A stretch of 63,856 nt of DNA, the filler included, from Neolecta irregularis DAH-3 (lineage: Eukaryota): NCBI GenBank assembly GCA_001929475.1. It is 6 parts of 6 records of this genome, joined end to end, with 100 filler letters (N's around TTAATTAATTAA, not from the genome) between each part and the next. Parts side by side here need not be neighbours in the genome. Positions count along the whole stretch, not along the records: positions 1 to 24,680 come from LXFE01000176.1; 5 more parts are not named here. The stretch is one strand, 5' to 3'. A program made the translations under genes and the position numbers. The notes below the pieces were generated by a model. The model searched no databases, was not told where the DNA came from, and saw only the letters and a program-made list of their open reading frames with translations. Shown here one piece after another: positions 1 through 13,049 of this stretch. The stretch's first letter is position 1, and every line of letters starts with the position of its first letter.

Positions 1-599
1 AATGGAGTCGTTTCACAGGCCAACCAGATCGCTATAAACTGATGTGGGAAAATGAAGTCCTAGTAGCTCGTTTAAGCAGCCTGGTCCAAAAGCATGGTGG
101 ACGCCGGTTGAACAAGGTCGCCGTGCGAGACCTTGTGCGACGTCGTACTTTTGGACAACTTTGAAGATTGGTAGATGATTGCAACGACAAATGTCCAGAT
201 TAGAAGACCTTGGAGCATTCGTTTTTATATTTTGATGAACTGGCGCAAAATATAATTTGTGGGAAGTAACACCTGGAAGATATTAATTACACAACATATT
301 GAAATCTCATGTTTTTAGTCAAACCTCCTAATCACATCCAGTGCGCCGAATACCCCACCCCATTGGATGGGGTGGCGCACTTGTTTATGATTGCAGGTGT
401 TATAGCCCCAGATTCAATGAGTTGGAGACTCACATTAAAGGTTTCAGCGATTTGGCATCCCTTATCCCTCACCCAGGGGTGTGATGTGCTTACAGTTATA
501 TTCATCTATTTAGACAGAAAAGAAACTCTGTAACCGATTATAAAAACGATACAGCAGATTGGTTGCGCGTTATTTCGATAAAATACGAGCGACCTTTGA

Positions 600-687
600 A
601 ACCCGAGGCGGGACTCGAACCCGCAGCCTTTGGCTTACAAAACATCTCTGTTAGGAGGCCAACACGCTACCGTTGCGCCACACGGGC
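600..687 (-). tRNA. tRNA-Arg(CCT) with 16-nt intron (636-651)
   Basis: Reverse complement folds as a cloverleaf: acceptor GCCCGTG/CTCGGGT (one mismatch), D stem GCGC/GCGT, anticodon stem TTGGC/GCCAA with CCT at 655-653, intron after position 37, T arm GCGGG-TTCGAGT-CCCGC. Confidence 0.93.
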
Positions 688-802
688 TTGGAATAACTAG
701 CCCTCTCAATATGGTCTTAATGATTGTTCCTAGTCGAGCTTGCAAATCCAGTTATCTTTTGACAATAGCTTTATTTACCGATATGATACTCCACTAAAGT
801 TC

Positions 803-1717
803 TTAACCAAAAAGTCTTCCTGCGAGACCCCCAAATACTTTTCCTGTTAATCCACCTGAACGAGAGAAAACCGACGCGGCAAATCCGGTAGCCCATTTCT
901 GTTTGGTATCTCTATCACAACGAGTAAATGCCACGACGTTTGCCATGTTTAGTGTCAATGCAATGACTAATGGATGAGTTTCTTCTGTTAAGAGTGAATT
1001 TTACCCACTAAAGTCAACTGAGATGTCAGAAGATTGTAAGGAACAAAGCCATTACCCATATGAATTCGAATTTTATCATTGCGACAAGAGCGAAAACAAG
1101 CCAGATCACAGGTACTATATATAACACAATCCAAAAGAGCCGCGAATCTGTAGGATTGATCCGTTTTTGAGGCTACTTCTTAGAACATATTCTCTTGGGT
1201 AATGTATACATCTGCGCTTTCAAAGACCCAAACACTCTCTCCATTGCTCTCTGTCTCGTTCCACCATCTTGTATTTAGCACAATTGCAACACCTTTGACT
1301 CCATACCTGAGTCCAACTAGCAGCCGGCCGCTGACATTTTTTACTGTCCAGAAATCAAATGCGAGCAGTAATACGATTATGACAAACACAAAGATGCTAA
1401 TGTATGTTATGAGCTCGCATGAGAGATATAGACGCACAAATTAGATGTAAATAGGAGGCCAAGCAGGTATATTGTCAAAGCGGCTCATTTTTAGCACCCA
1501 TGTTAAATATACGCTGATACCACTTCTGAATGCCAAGAAGAAGAAGAGCGCGATTGGATGAGAAGACAATTGGAAAATAGATTGTTTGGTCGCTTGCGAT
1601 GGATTTTGAGTATTTGGTGAACGAGCGGTGACTGGAGGTGGCAGATCCTGATCCACAGTTAATATATTTGAGCGATCTGTCTTTATAAATCAGAAGGGAA
1701 ATTTATTGATGTACCAT
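803..1717 (-). CDS. TVP23: Golgi apparatus membrane protein Tvp23 (7 introns; ATG-only first exon, 13-nt micro-exon)
   Basis: Motifs [35 protein letters not shown]; spliced model MTDRSNIL...GRLFG*. Confidence 0.9.
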
Positions 1718-1779
1718 TGGAGGTGTTGAGGTAAATGGTGATAGTCAAGTTCTTTTGTCATAACCGCCAACCTTGCACC

Positions 1780-2610
1780 ATGATCCTCCACAATATTCAA
1801 GACCAACAAACTTTTGATTCGTTTTGCAAAGATGCAGAAAAAGGCGTTGCAGTACTCTACTTTTGGGCAGATTGGGCCGCACCATGCAAACAGATGGATC
1901 AAGTCTTTTCAGAACTCTCAGCAAAACATCCAGATATTTCTTTTGGCAGAGTACAGATCGCCCTTCATTCCTTTTTCATATCGCTATAGATTGAAGCAGA
2001 AGAGCTTGGAGATATAACCGAGAGATTCGATGTATCGGCCGTCCCATTCTTTGTCATTCTCAAGGTTTTTTGGCTGAATTCCACACTGTATAACCGTTTA
2101 GAATAACGAAAAAGTAGCTACAGTATCGGGCGTCAATCCTATAGAACTCACAGCTGCCTTGGGCAAATTTTCATCTTTATCCACCATTCCACCTGCACAA
2201 AAAGTTGATTACACATCATCCCCCGATAAAGATTTCGCACAGGGAGAAGAGGATCTAGACACTCGACTAGGAAAACTCGTAAAAGCAGCCTCTGTCATGT
2301 TATTCATGAAAGGTACCCCAGCGCAGCCTCAGTGTGGTTTCAGTCGTCAGATAATTCAGATATTACGGGACCGTGGAGTGCGTTTCGGCTTCTTCAACAT
2401 TCTCGCAGACGACGAAGTTCGCCAAGGTTTGGAGTATCAGTGGTATCCATTAACTCTGCAGGTCTTAAAGAATTTTCAGATTGGCCAACGTTCCCTCAGT
2501 TATATATCAAAGGAGAACTAGTCGGAGGTCTGGATATTGTAAAAGAAATGGTGGAAAATGGCGAGTTCGATGAACTGCTGGAGGCCGTAAATCAACCATC
2601 ACCTACATAG
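1780..2610 (+). CDS. GRX4: Monothiol glutaredoxin with N-terminal thioredoxin domain (Grx3/Grx4)
   Basis: WAAPCKQM Trx-like motif, PQCGFS active site, [17 protein letters not shown]; 3 introns. Confidence 0.95.
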
Positions 2611-2638
2611 CGAACAAATAAAAGATGCAAACGACTAG

Positions 2639-3483
2639 TTACTCCTCTCCCTCGTTTGCCGCTTCCAATAGGCTGATATCTGTATTGATATCACTAGGCA
2701 GCAATTGCGCGTCCTCGAGTGCTCTTCTGCCTTCTTCGATTTCCCCCAAACGTCTTATGACATCAATTAAGGCTCTGTCTAATTCAGTCTGACCAAGCTC
2801 GCGAGGATCGGACTCAGAGATGTCATAACGTCTAATGTAATAAATAATTCCAGCAGAGAGAGCTAGTTCCCTTGCTTTCTCTCCACTAAGCATAATGTAG
2901 TTGAGGATTTGCAAAGCCTCCGTTTCTCCACTCATGGACCGTGATACAGAGGCGGAAATATTGTCATCCAAGGCATTCAAGAGACTCGTCGTGAGAGCAA
3001 GGAGAAACGAATATGCTACAAGCTTGTATCTCACCGACGCTAAATAGTTAAGGATGTCAGATATTACGACTCACGATTGAACTGAACACAAAATAAGACC
3101 AGTTTGAGAACTTTTAGGCGCTCATTGCGATCATCTGATATCAAGGAATGTTCAAGAAGCGTCAATGACTCGGCAAGTCTATTAACGAGTATTTTTGTGG
3201 CCCTGTGAGCCGGTCATTGATGATAAAAGTACACAGTATACACGTTTGAAAGGTTGAGATTTGCACCATTGGCGAGTACCGCGAGACTTTCCAGTGACAG
3301 ATCTATGCAATCAATATAGCTCATTTCTTTTATACTTTTTTCAGCGAGAAATTTGCGCTTGCGTCTCAGGTATATTGACGATGAATAAGGGTGCGATGCT
3401 AAGAGAGACAAGTAAAAGCCTGAGCATCCCCCAACTACCAGGATAAATCCAGTGATCAGATCGAGTAGATACGACCTAAACAT
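2639..3483 (-). CDS. Hypothetical protein, N-terminal TM segment plus helical (ARM-like) body; 3 exons joining ORFs 3214-3483 and 2639-3034
   Basis: An open middle exon (ATKILVNRLAESLTLLEHSLISDDRNERLKVLKLVLF, ~3090-3205) links the two ORFs through short GT-AG introns. Confidence 0.55.
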
Positions 3484-3578
3484 GATTGTTACTATTTTAT
3501 ATTCGTATATATTTTATGGTGGTGAGGACACGCGGTTATGGTACCAGGAATTATCTTTTTTCTCGACGTTGACTTGTA

Positions 3579-4627
3579 ATGCTTCGAACAATGTACAAAT
3601 CTATTTTATGAGCTCTACTAATTCTTTTCCAGAAAACCAAAAAACGCAAGGTCTAAACGTGTGTTAGATGCGCGTGAGCCAAAACTCAAGGAAAATGCCA
3701 AAAAAGCAATTTTTGTTCGTGGATCCTCGACTTCAAACGATGTGACCCAGGCTTTAACCGATCTTGTATACTTTTTTCTATGCAAAATCCTCTTATTTAC
3801 CGCCTAGTACTCATTAAAAAAACCAGCAGCAGTTAATTTTACCAAACGCAACATGATCCGTCCTTTTGAAGATGGATCGAGCCTCGAGTTCTTTGCCCAG
3901 AAAAATGATGCCAGTTTAATTGTATTTGGATCACATTCAAAGAAACGGCCGAATAATTTGACTTGGGCTCGAATGTTTGACTATCATGTGTTGGATATGA
4001 TTGAGCTGCTTATGGTGAAATTTACATCTTTGAAGAATTTCAAGGTGGATTACTCTTTTGATTCTGGGGCTAATCATGCAGACGCCCAAGACTGCAGTCG
4101 GAATGCGACCCGTCATGCTTTTTTGCGGTCCAATATTCGAGGCTCATCCTACATTTCGTCATATTCGGTCTCTTTTTCTTGATTTTTTCCGCGGGCAAGA
4201 TGCTTCTTTGATTGATGTTGCTGGTCTTCAGCAGATGATTGTTATTTCTGCAGACGAAGCAGTAGATGGGCAGCCAATTCCTCGTGTTCATTTTCGAGTA
4301 TATTCAATTTCTACGTGCAAGAGTGGACATAAATTACCTCGGGTTGAACTTGTAGAGATGGGGCCGCGTATAGATTTCCAGGTTGGTAGAGTCCAGGAAG
4401 CTGCGGAGGATATTTTGAAAGAAGCCATGAGGAGACCCAAGCAACTGGAAATGAAGAAGAAGAAGAATGTTGATGTGGACAGTATTGGTGACAAGATTGC
4501 GAGAGTTCATACTGGAAAACAGGATTTGAGCAAGTTGCAAACGCGGAAAATGAAGGGACTGAAACGCAAAGACGAGAGTGATGAAGATGAAGATGGCAAA
4601 GATGTAAAAAGAGTGAAAATGGCGTAA
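3579..4627 (+). CDS. RPF2: Ribosome biogenesis Brix-domain protein Rpf2
   Basis: MLRTIKPKNARSKR start, GSHSKKRPNNL, LPRVELVEMGPRIDF, KLQTRKMKGLK; 3 introns. Confidence 0.96.
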
Positions 4628-4762
4628 AAAAGAGTGATGGGATGAAATGATAGTTGATAAAAAGTGATGACATGAAATTAAAGAGTTATGGGATGAATGA
4701 TGATAAAGAGCAATGGCATGAAATGATGATAAAGTAAGTAATGGATACCCAAGTCGACTTAA

Positions 4763-5734
4763 TTACGATGAAACAGTCCTATTCTCAATCAAACGAAGCT
4801 GGTTTCTGCACAACATTGCGATTGTCACCTTTCCAATCGACGGAACATAAATGGACGCCCGTTCCTGGACGTCATCTTGGAAATTTTTGTACGACGAGAA
4901 GCAGATGCAGACTGCACCATCGCGAATCAAGTTTGTAGGAAACTTGTACGCTGGGTTAGGGACTCCGGTGATAATGACATCGCATTTTGGAGCAATTTCA
5001 GAAAGCGGATTGCTGATGTCTGTTACATGATGACAACGCAGTTTTATTCCTGCGCCTCGGGTAAACAGCTGCATTCCGCTCAGATCCAGGCTGTAAACTG
5101 TTGCGCCATCGTTTGCCAATAAAGCAGCCAACGGACGGCCAACGACTTCTGATCTGTTTACGACGAGAACAGTTTTGCCATAGAGGCGATTGCCGTGGTG
5201 GAGCAGTGGATGGTAGATTTGCAGATATTCGAGCACTTTGACGATTCCCAGCGGCGTACACGGCAGGATGCTCTTTTTTTTCTGGTTCTGGTCGAGGAAC
5301 CGGATATTGTGGTACATGTTGTACAGATCCAGATGGGATAATCCCTCAACGTCTTTTTCAGGAGAAAGACAATTCAGCAGATACTGGTCCTGCTTGTTTC
5401 CATGCACCGGCATGTATATCATAATTCCATCTACCGTCTCGTCGCTGTTGAGCTGCGTGATCGTGTCCTCGATCTCATCCTTGTCCTCAACAACACGCAA
5501 ATCAAAGCAGAATCCAATCTCTTGCGCAGTCTTCGCCGTCCAGTCTGCGTATTTCTTGGCCGCTGGATCATTATTCGCGAGTAGACCAACAAGGCGAGGA
5601 GGCACAGGCAGAGCAGCCGCCCGCACGGCCAGATCGTGTAAATAGTGCTTTGCGATTGCACACGCAAGTATTTTTCCTGGATTATTAAAAATGTTCAAGA
5701 GGATTTAAAGGATACGGCAGGCGTGTTCAGCCAT
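4763..5734 (-). CDS. MTD1: NAD-dependent methylenetetrahydrofolate dehydrogenase
   Basis: KDVEGL, SILPCTPL, VVNRSEVVGRPLAALLANDGATVYS, PSIGKVTIAML; start MAEHAC followed by one intron. Confidence 0.93.
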
Positions 5735-5946
5735 ATTAGTAGAGGTAGTCCTATTTAAAATTTTATTGCTAAGGGTGAGCTCGCCAGCCACCAGAAAAAT
5801 AAATCACGATATGCTAACACAGGGAATACATATCATACTTTCTGGTGGAAATTAAAATTGTAATATCTCTTTCTGTTGACGCCACAAAACGGGTTTAGCG
5901 ACGAATATCACAAAAGGAAGTTGGAATTTGCCAAAATTACCTAATA

Positions 5947-7080
5947 CAGTCGTACCTGCTTATAACGAATGTAGCTGGGCAGGGTGTTCAGTTCGTTACA
6001 AGGCGGATTCGTTATATCATGATAGCAAAAGAGAGAAAACACAGGATCCAAGCCAATCCAAACCAAATAAATGAGAGACGAAAATAACTTGATACAGCCA
6101 TCTATATCTTGATGATGATGTATACATCAACGTTGTTGTGATTTGAGCCACATTGTGCCCTAGGTTGAGTAGAATCTATGGGACACTTCACAACAAGATT
6201 CATGGGGGCCCTACTCCACACCTCCTGCTTCGTCATGCTGAACATCTAATTTTATCACGAGTCTTAAACCTATAAGCCACCCATTGCTAACCCCTACCTG
6301 CAGGGATTCATGAGAAAAGAATTGGTCCTTCTCTTGTAACAAGTCTCCAGTCAGTGTCGAGTACAGGCCAAGAAAAAAGCCCGGCCCATTGGCCCATCGG
6401 CCGAAACAGGGGTTTTCACGTGATATTAAATAATACTACGTAGCCCTTCACCTCCCATGTCCCCTCCCTATCCTTGCATGAGGGGAACATACCTAGCCTC
6501 CCCCATTCCCAGCACTATATAATATTTATATCAAGCCTCATCAGCAGCCACCCTACCATTTCCGTCTTCGGTAAGGATATACTGGAGTGTATATCCTTAC
6601 CCAGCCCATGGGCTGGGCCGGACCCTCAGAAAAGCCCATGGGCTTTGGCCCGTCCCCAACACTGTAGACTCCAGTTATAATAATCTGCTCTTGCATCCTT
6701 GTTGTCCATTCATGCAATGCAGCTTCCAATTCAGGCCAATCAACATTTTGACACTTTGATTCTTGGATTGTTAGGGTGTAAGAGTCTAGGATGTTATTCT
6801 GTGGTGAGAGGATCTCAAAGACAGAGGATGCAGCAATAGGTATTGTATGGCTGGTTCAAAGTCTTATATTCCTGATGAGGATTCAGGCGGTGGCGGGCAG
6901 GCAGAGCAATCTTTTGCTCATTTGTAACTCCGGAACGGCGCTTCATTTTTATATATAACGAATTTCGCATTAATTTAACGAACTTCGTATTAAGATTTCA
7001 ATTCGTTAGACCCCATACAACCAACTTTGGAAGCCAGTTGAATTCGTTATATGGAAGTTCCCTATAGCCAGGTTCGATTG
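5947..7080 (-). mobile_element. Degenerate pogo/Tigger-type (CENP-B HTH) DNA transposon derivative
   Basis: Left TIR TA|CAGTCGTACCTGCTTATAACGAAT, decayed right TIR ...AGCCAGGTTCGATTG; minus-strand relic from ATG 6946 (MKRRSGVTNEQKIAL...WPELEAALHEWTTRMQEQIIITG/DLLQEK...SNGWL) with stops and frameshifts. Confidence 0.8.
6352..6664. mobile_element. hAT-type MITE nested in the pogo relic
   Basis: CAGTGT...ACACTG ends, GCCCATGGGC subterminal repeats, CTCCAGT duplicated on both sides (right copy offset by 4 nt); left part matches 38235-38345. Confidence 0.75.
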
Positions 7081-7154
7081 CGTCATGATATTTGGGTCAA
7101 ATTGGTGGTTGGCGAACGCACCCTGATATTAATTGACCCACAACCAAAAACAGA

Positions 7155-10100
7155 ATGGACGAAATTGCGGCGGCTCTGTATTCCGCACGCGCAGACGGAC
7201 CAGCGCAGGAACTCGCAGAACACAGCAGGCAGATCGCTGCAGGTTGCATAATTATGGCATTTTACCTGATGCGACAGAAATTTCAGCTGGAAAAAATACT
7301 TTGTTTCAGCTGGTAGAGCGCATTGGTTGCGAATGTTTGGCTGCCTCAGATATTTCAATTAAAGCGCGCGGTACTTCTTTTTTGGGGGGTTATGCGAGAC
7401 TGAAATTGCAGGAGTTTTGCTGCTCGGTGCAGTTTTGAATCGTTTGCCTCAAACATTGCTCGTTCCTTCGCAGATTTCTGCTGTAGTGCAATTTCTGTGT
7501 GCATATCTAGACGATGTGCGAGAAAATAAAGACTCTGACATGCACCCCGCGCTATATTCGCTGTGTTCGATATCGCAGATGTCTGCACTCACCGCCGCAG
7601 ATGTATCGCTGATCTGCAATTCGTATGTTGTCGTTATAGCTCGACTAATACGATAAAGCATCTTTGCAATTGGCGATTTGCACCACCAGCCGCAGCGCGT
7701 TCGTTTCCTCGTTTATTCACTGCTCCACCATATTCTCGCCAATCATCGCAAAGGCATAGCATCTGCATTTGAAGCTCATCTTTCAGGAGCATTTTCAACC
7801 GGCGGCGAGTTTATTTCAGGATTCGCTGCAATCGTCGATGGCGAAAAGGATCCGCGAAATCTCATGCTCGCCTTTTCCATCTTGAAAGTCATTTTGGCAG
7901 AATTTGATATTTCAAAACATCTCACCGTACTTTTTTTTCCAATTCATCTAATCAAGAGTCGCTTTTCGACATCGTAGTCTGCTATTTTCCCATCACTTTT
8001 CGTCCTCCCCCAGACAATCCATACGGTATAACCGCCAATGATCTCAAACAACGCCTCAGGTATTCTCAACTGCTGTCTTTCTGATATCAGAGAATGTATT
8101 GCTGCAACTCCCCTTTTTGCTCCGGAAGCAATTCCCATGCTGCTCGACAAACTAAACTCGCCAACCTTGTCAGCAAAGGTATTCACCCCCTACTTTCTTA
8201 CCATAACTCATAGATCGATGTACTCGAGACTCTTGCTCTCTGCTGCAAGATATTTGGCCCCCGTGAAATTGTCGTTTTTATCACCCAAATCTGGGACTCT
8301 GTCAAATTCGAAATACTCCAACCAGGAGAAGAACAACTCGTCTCTAACGCACTCTTAGTCATTATCTCCGCCATCAAAACTCTCTCCCGCGGTCTCGACA
8401 ATCCTCTTCCAAATACTCCTCTCTCAAGATTCCTCAAAATCGTCTTTCACGAATGCCATTCTCAAATCACAGATTCAAAGGCCTTGCGAGCTGCTGGACG
8501 TATACTCGGCTCAACCTCACAAGCATCTCGACCTTCAAACATTTCAACTCTGCAGGAAATGCTTCCGTTCGTCTTGCAGTCCCTGAAAGAAACCGAACAA
8601 GTTTCAAACCAGATTGCATTACTAGACATTTGCTACGAAATCCTTTTCGGTTCTGCACTCCTCTATCCTCGCAGCTTGATCCGTGTCTCTGCACAGAAAG
8701 AGGACGAAATGATGACTGGAGACGACAATATATTTGAACGAAATGACGATATATTCGAAATGACACAGAAAGACGACATCCTAGGCATCCTCGCACAATT
8801 CCTCTCAAGTAGTGATTGTCATGTAAAAACAGTTTCCTTGCGCTGCTTATCAAAACTCTGTGATATCAGCGGCCTGCTCGATGATTCTCAAGTATCCCAG
8901 ATTATCCAATACTTTAATACAATTGCCCTGCAAGACGAAAATCTCGATCTGAGGTACCTCTTAACATTTTCTTGAATAACATCTCCAGTCAGGAAGCTTT
9001 ACTATCCCTCGCAAATATCTCAGTCTATAGAAGCCAACTCATCATTGAAAGCTCTTTTCCAGAATTCTTGTCCCGTCTTCCCTTACTGCCCACAAACGAC
9101 GAATATAAAAGAGTATTGAGCGCTCTGAGTCAACTTTCAAAATCTGCACCTATAATAGAATGCCTATTTATTCGTCTGACAGCAAAAGTGGATGAGCTCG
9201 TTAGGAACGGCCTAGGAAATTACCTCACTGCAGTCTTCGCTACAATTCTTGCTGTCGTGCAACAATGGTATGAATCCAATCCATCCATGAGAATTCCCCT
9301 TGCAGACCGGTTGTTGGCGCAAATCATGACAATATCTACTCAGCACACCTCGTCATATATTTTGCAACCCCAAATTCTCAAGATTGCCGCACAAATCGTC
9401 AATATAATCATCAGAAACGACAATGAGACTCTTCAGTTGAAACATGCTGTAAACCTTTTCTCACTATTTGTTACATACGACAAATCAATATGGTCAAGTG
9501 AATCAATAGAATTTGCTCCCATGACCCCCGACGCTTCATTGGATCAGATAAAAACACTTTCTATCTTTATCTATGGCTTTGCCGCTCTCAAACGCAGTGC
9601 AAGTTTACTTTTTAATCCTAAATTAACGACTAGACACCCCTTCCTGAAAACATTAATCTACAGTTATTCGCTTCAAATCTTGTGGCTAGAGTCGCTGATC
9701 CTATCCCTGATGAATCAACAGTCCAGTTCAATTTAATATTAGCTTGTCTTTTCAATAAATATTTCAGCGACGACGAAATCAATTGTATTATACGCCCAGA
9801 AATTGAAAAATTAAAAACAATGTTGGATTCTACAGAGATTGCTTCTAGAGCATTACATTTATTACTCAACGTAATTTTCTTTTTCTCTACGCTGACTGCA
9901 GATTGCAAAACCATTGCTGTTGAGGACACACAAGACCGCGTTCGAAATAATCGAGATAGTCATCGCGAGATTGGCAGATTCTATCATGGGCCACCAAGCT
10001 GCAGCTGGATTTGCCTTACTTTCTCAAGATCACGAAATTCTGAATCCTACAAACCACGCAGTCATTCGCATCCTACACAAACAGCGATTCTTTGTATTTT

Positions 10101-10657
10101 GTCTTCCTCGATTGTTCGACGGGTTTAAAGCTGCTCAAGCTGGTGAGATTCCTTGTTGAATCATTTCATTAGAATCAGGTATCAAACCGAATTACCTCAT
10201 TGCATTATCGAACTTGCTCGCGAACACCCCTCAAAAGATATATTCCTCCGATTTACCAGAGATTCTACCCTTGTTGCTTGAAAGTCTTACCCTAAATCAT
10301 TCAAATGTAAAGGCGTCAACAATTGATACATTATACGTCACAATATTCAAGAGTCCTGCTCTTATCTCTGAGCATGTTGCTACAATTGTTCCACAACTAT
10401 TAAAGGCCATTCAACTGTCTGAAATCAACACGATGGTACTATTGCCTGAAACTCGTCTGACGTACTAGAACGTGCGGCTCGCCGCTCTTAAATGTTTGTC
10501 TATCATTCCTGGGAGTATCCGGTACGAATTGATACACCCGTTCAAAGATCAAGTCGTTCGTGGGTTACTCGGGTCACTCGACGACCCACTAAGGATCGTG
10601 CGAAAAGAAGCTGTTGACTGTAGACATAAATGGATCAACGCCTCTGGACTTTTGTGA
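7155..10657 (+). CDS. MMS19: MMS19/Met18 cytosolic Fe-S assembly targeting factor (HEAT repeats), ~11 introns
   Basis: DGEKDPRNLMLAF, CYFPITFRPPPDNPYGIT, LDDPLRIVRKEAVDCR. Confidence 0.94.
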
Positions 10658-10688
10658 ATAAAAAAGTGATATAGGAGAAATATCTTTT

Positions 10689-11596
10689 TTATTTGACCTT
10701 AAATTTTTCAAGAATCCGGGTTTCTATGCCATTTAGAATCCATTCATGCTGCACCAGCTCCAGATTATCTGCCTCTGCAACAAACATCTTGTGAGGATCC
10801 TGGCCGGGAGCAAAGGTCATTGGTGCTGCTCCAGCCATACCACTCATCGCCTGCATATCGGCCGCTCAAAGGGTTAGTCAGTCCGAGGGGACATGTACCA
10901 TTGTCATCGCCTAGAATCAGTGAATACACTGAACGTAGACCAAATAAATTCAAAAAATACCACGACAAACTTGAAACCCACCGAGCGTCAAGGTCGCCTG
11001 TACGAATTCCCGATTGCAACATACTTTTGAACCGAATCGTCAGAGGAAATGGAAGTTTGACTTACTAGTTAGAAAGATGGAAATGTGTCTCTTACTAAGA
11101 ATGAAGCCGGTGAAGAAGAAGTTGATCCACGACATGATAATGGCCTGGGGCACCATATTGGCCATATTCCCCTTCATCATGGAAAGCATAGCATCCATTC
11201 CAGCGGGATCGGTCATTGGATTGGCAGGTGGTTTTCCCTTTGATTCTGGATCCTTCAAAAAGGTTCCTGCATGGAACGCAGTGGCGAGATACCGCTTCCG
11301 TGTTTCGAAAGCAGAGGGGGGTAAATGATTAGCGTTGTTGCGAACAATTGAGCCTTTCTGAAGGTGAAGTCTTGTGTTTAATGGTTATCGGGACAAGTAA
11401 AATACTGTTCCCGAAGTGCTTTGAGGGTCTGTTTCTTTGGTGCTGATTGCACAAGCAAGGTAATATTGTGCCGAAGAATTCCAACCAAGATCATGACGAA
11501 CCATATAGGAAGCAAGACCCAATTGCGCAAAGCTACATGTTAAAATTGGTGATTTTTGACCTTGCCTGGATCTAGAAACAGGTCCTGGTCGTTCAT
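10689..11596 (-). CDS. EMC3: ER membrane protein complex subunit 3
   Basis: [64 protein letters not shown]; first intron is GC-AG. Confidence 0.93.
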
Positions 11597-11648
11597 AGAA
11601 ATTCAGGAGGTTAGAACACGACCACTTCAATCGTATTCCAAACTCCAA

Positions 11649-12264
11649 ATGAGCGAAAGCAGGCCCAATACTTCCAATCTCGCGGATCTCAAGAACGCAA
11701 GCGACGATGCTATAGCTGTCGTATGTATTGTGGATTATCAAGGTACTAAAGTGCAGTATATGAATGATAAAGGCTACCGGCAATCAAACTACTTGCTGGA
11801 CGTGAGACTGGCTCTTGGCTATTTTGCGGTACTGGTTGCTGCTGCAACTGCGGGCTACGACTATCTTGTTGGTTTCCAAGCGGCAAAGTTCTATACATGG
11901 ATTGGCGCACCGTCATATTTCTTGCTTGACGGGGCGATGATGCTTTGGACTTGGTTGGTGGAGAAGAAAGTCGTCTACGTAGGAGAAAAGGATGGCAAAA
12001 CAGTGAACCCGCACTGGAAAGAATGCTGATGTGCAGATCCGAATATCGAGTCACTGCGGCAAGTTTGACCCTACGTATCATTTGAAGCTGTTGGTTAACC
12101 CTGAACACTCGCGCAAGACGGTGGAGATCAAGGGCGTTTTTCCTACTTGGTTCACTCGAGATGGAATTTTTGTCAAAGAGGTGTTTGAAACTTGGATGGA
12201 TAAAGCTGTAAAGGAAGTGGAAAAGCATACCATGGCAGCGAAGTTTTCCAAAAAGAGCGAGTAG
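11649..12264 (+). CDS. SPC2: Signal peptidase complex subunit 2 (SPC25 family)
   Basis: NLADLKNASDDAI, YRQSNYLLDVRLALGY, two TM segments, WFTRDG; 2 introns. Confidence 0.88.
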
Positions 12265-12292
12265 ATGAAATAATGAGCATATAATCAGTAGT

Positions 12293-12957
12293 CTACATGT
12301 TTTGGAGGATATCAGTAGCCTTATCTTCAATGCCAAGCCACCTGAGAATTTCTGCGTCTATTTCGTGCCTGATACTGTCGCGGTAACGACGGTTGGCAAC
12401 TTTACTGTTTTCTCTTTGTTCAAAGGTGGAAAAATCGCCAGTTCCCCCTACGGGTACGTTGAAAGGGGACCCTGATGTGAGAACATTGCTGTAGAGGTGA
12501 GTGTATGAGGTTTGAAGGAGCGTACTGAACGTTTGAGAGATCGTACGAGGACGGCAGACGTGCTTGCTGGAGGAGAATGCGCTCACGGGCAATAGCACGG
12601 GCCATTTGGACTCTGTAAGATTCAACAAGGTTGGTATTTGACTTGTCGATGGAGGATGAGAGACAGGAAGAAATGAAAGAAGTGCCGTTATGCGATTCTG
12701 CATAGACCTGATCGGCGTAGTAGGCAGTTCCGAAGAGCATGACAAGGAGAAACGGCGAACGCCAAGAGGAAAAGTCTGTGATTAGTAGACGCAGAATATT
12801 ATTTACCTTCTGTAGTTGTATGCGGAGTATGCGGAGTATGCTGTGTATGGGATGAATACAGTCGATGTTGTTTATACGGTGTATGCAGTGCATATAGTTT
12901 ATTACCGGCATGCGAATTCCAGCAGCGGCAGATACTCACTGTACTTTTTATAGTCAT
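12293..12957 (-). CDS. Probable mitochondrial complex I accessory subunit (Neurospora 17.8-kDa-like)
   Basis: Spliced model: presequence-like ...RLYSSHTQHTPHTPH, single TM, C-terminal GSPFNVPVG resembling GSPYNVPAG of fungal nuo17.8; 2 introns. Confidence 0.55.
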
Positions 12958-13049
12958 AGTATTGCGTAGTTTGTACTAGTTTGATGGTGGTGGTGATGAT
13001 AGATGTAATGGGCAGATGAGGATGGTGCTGGTGAATAGTAGCGTAACTG

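Noticed and set aside
1-218. Short minus-strand ORF with a hydrophobic start (MLQGLLIWTFVVAII)
   Set aside because: Stops after ~48 codons near the window edge; no recognisable homology
4628-4740. Degenerate GATGAAATGAT-type repeats between RPF2 and MTD1
   Set aside because: Low-complexity slippage in a terminator region; no structure evident
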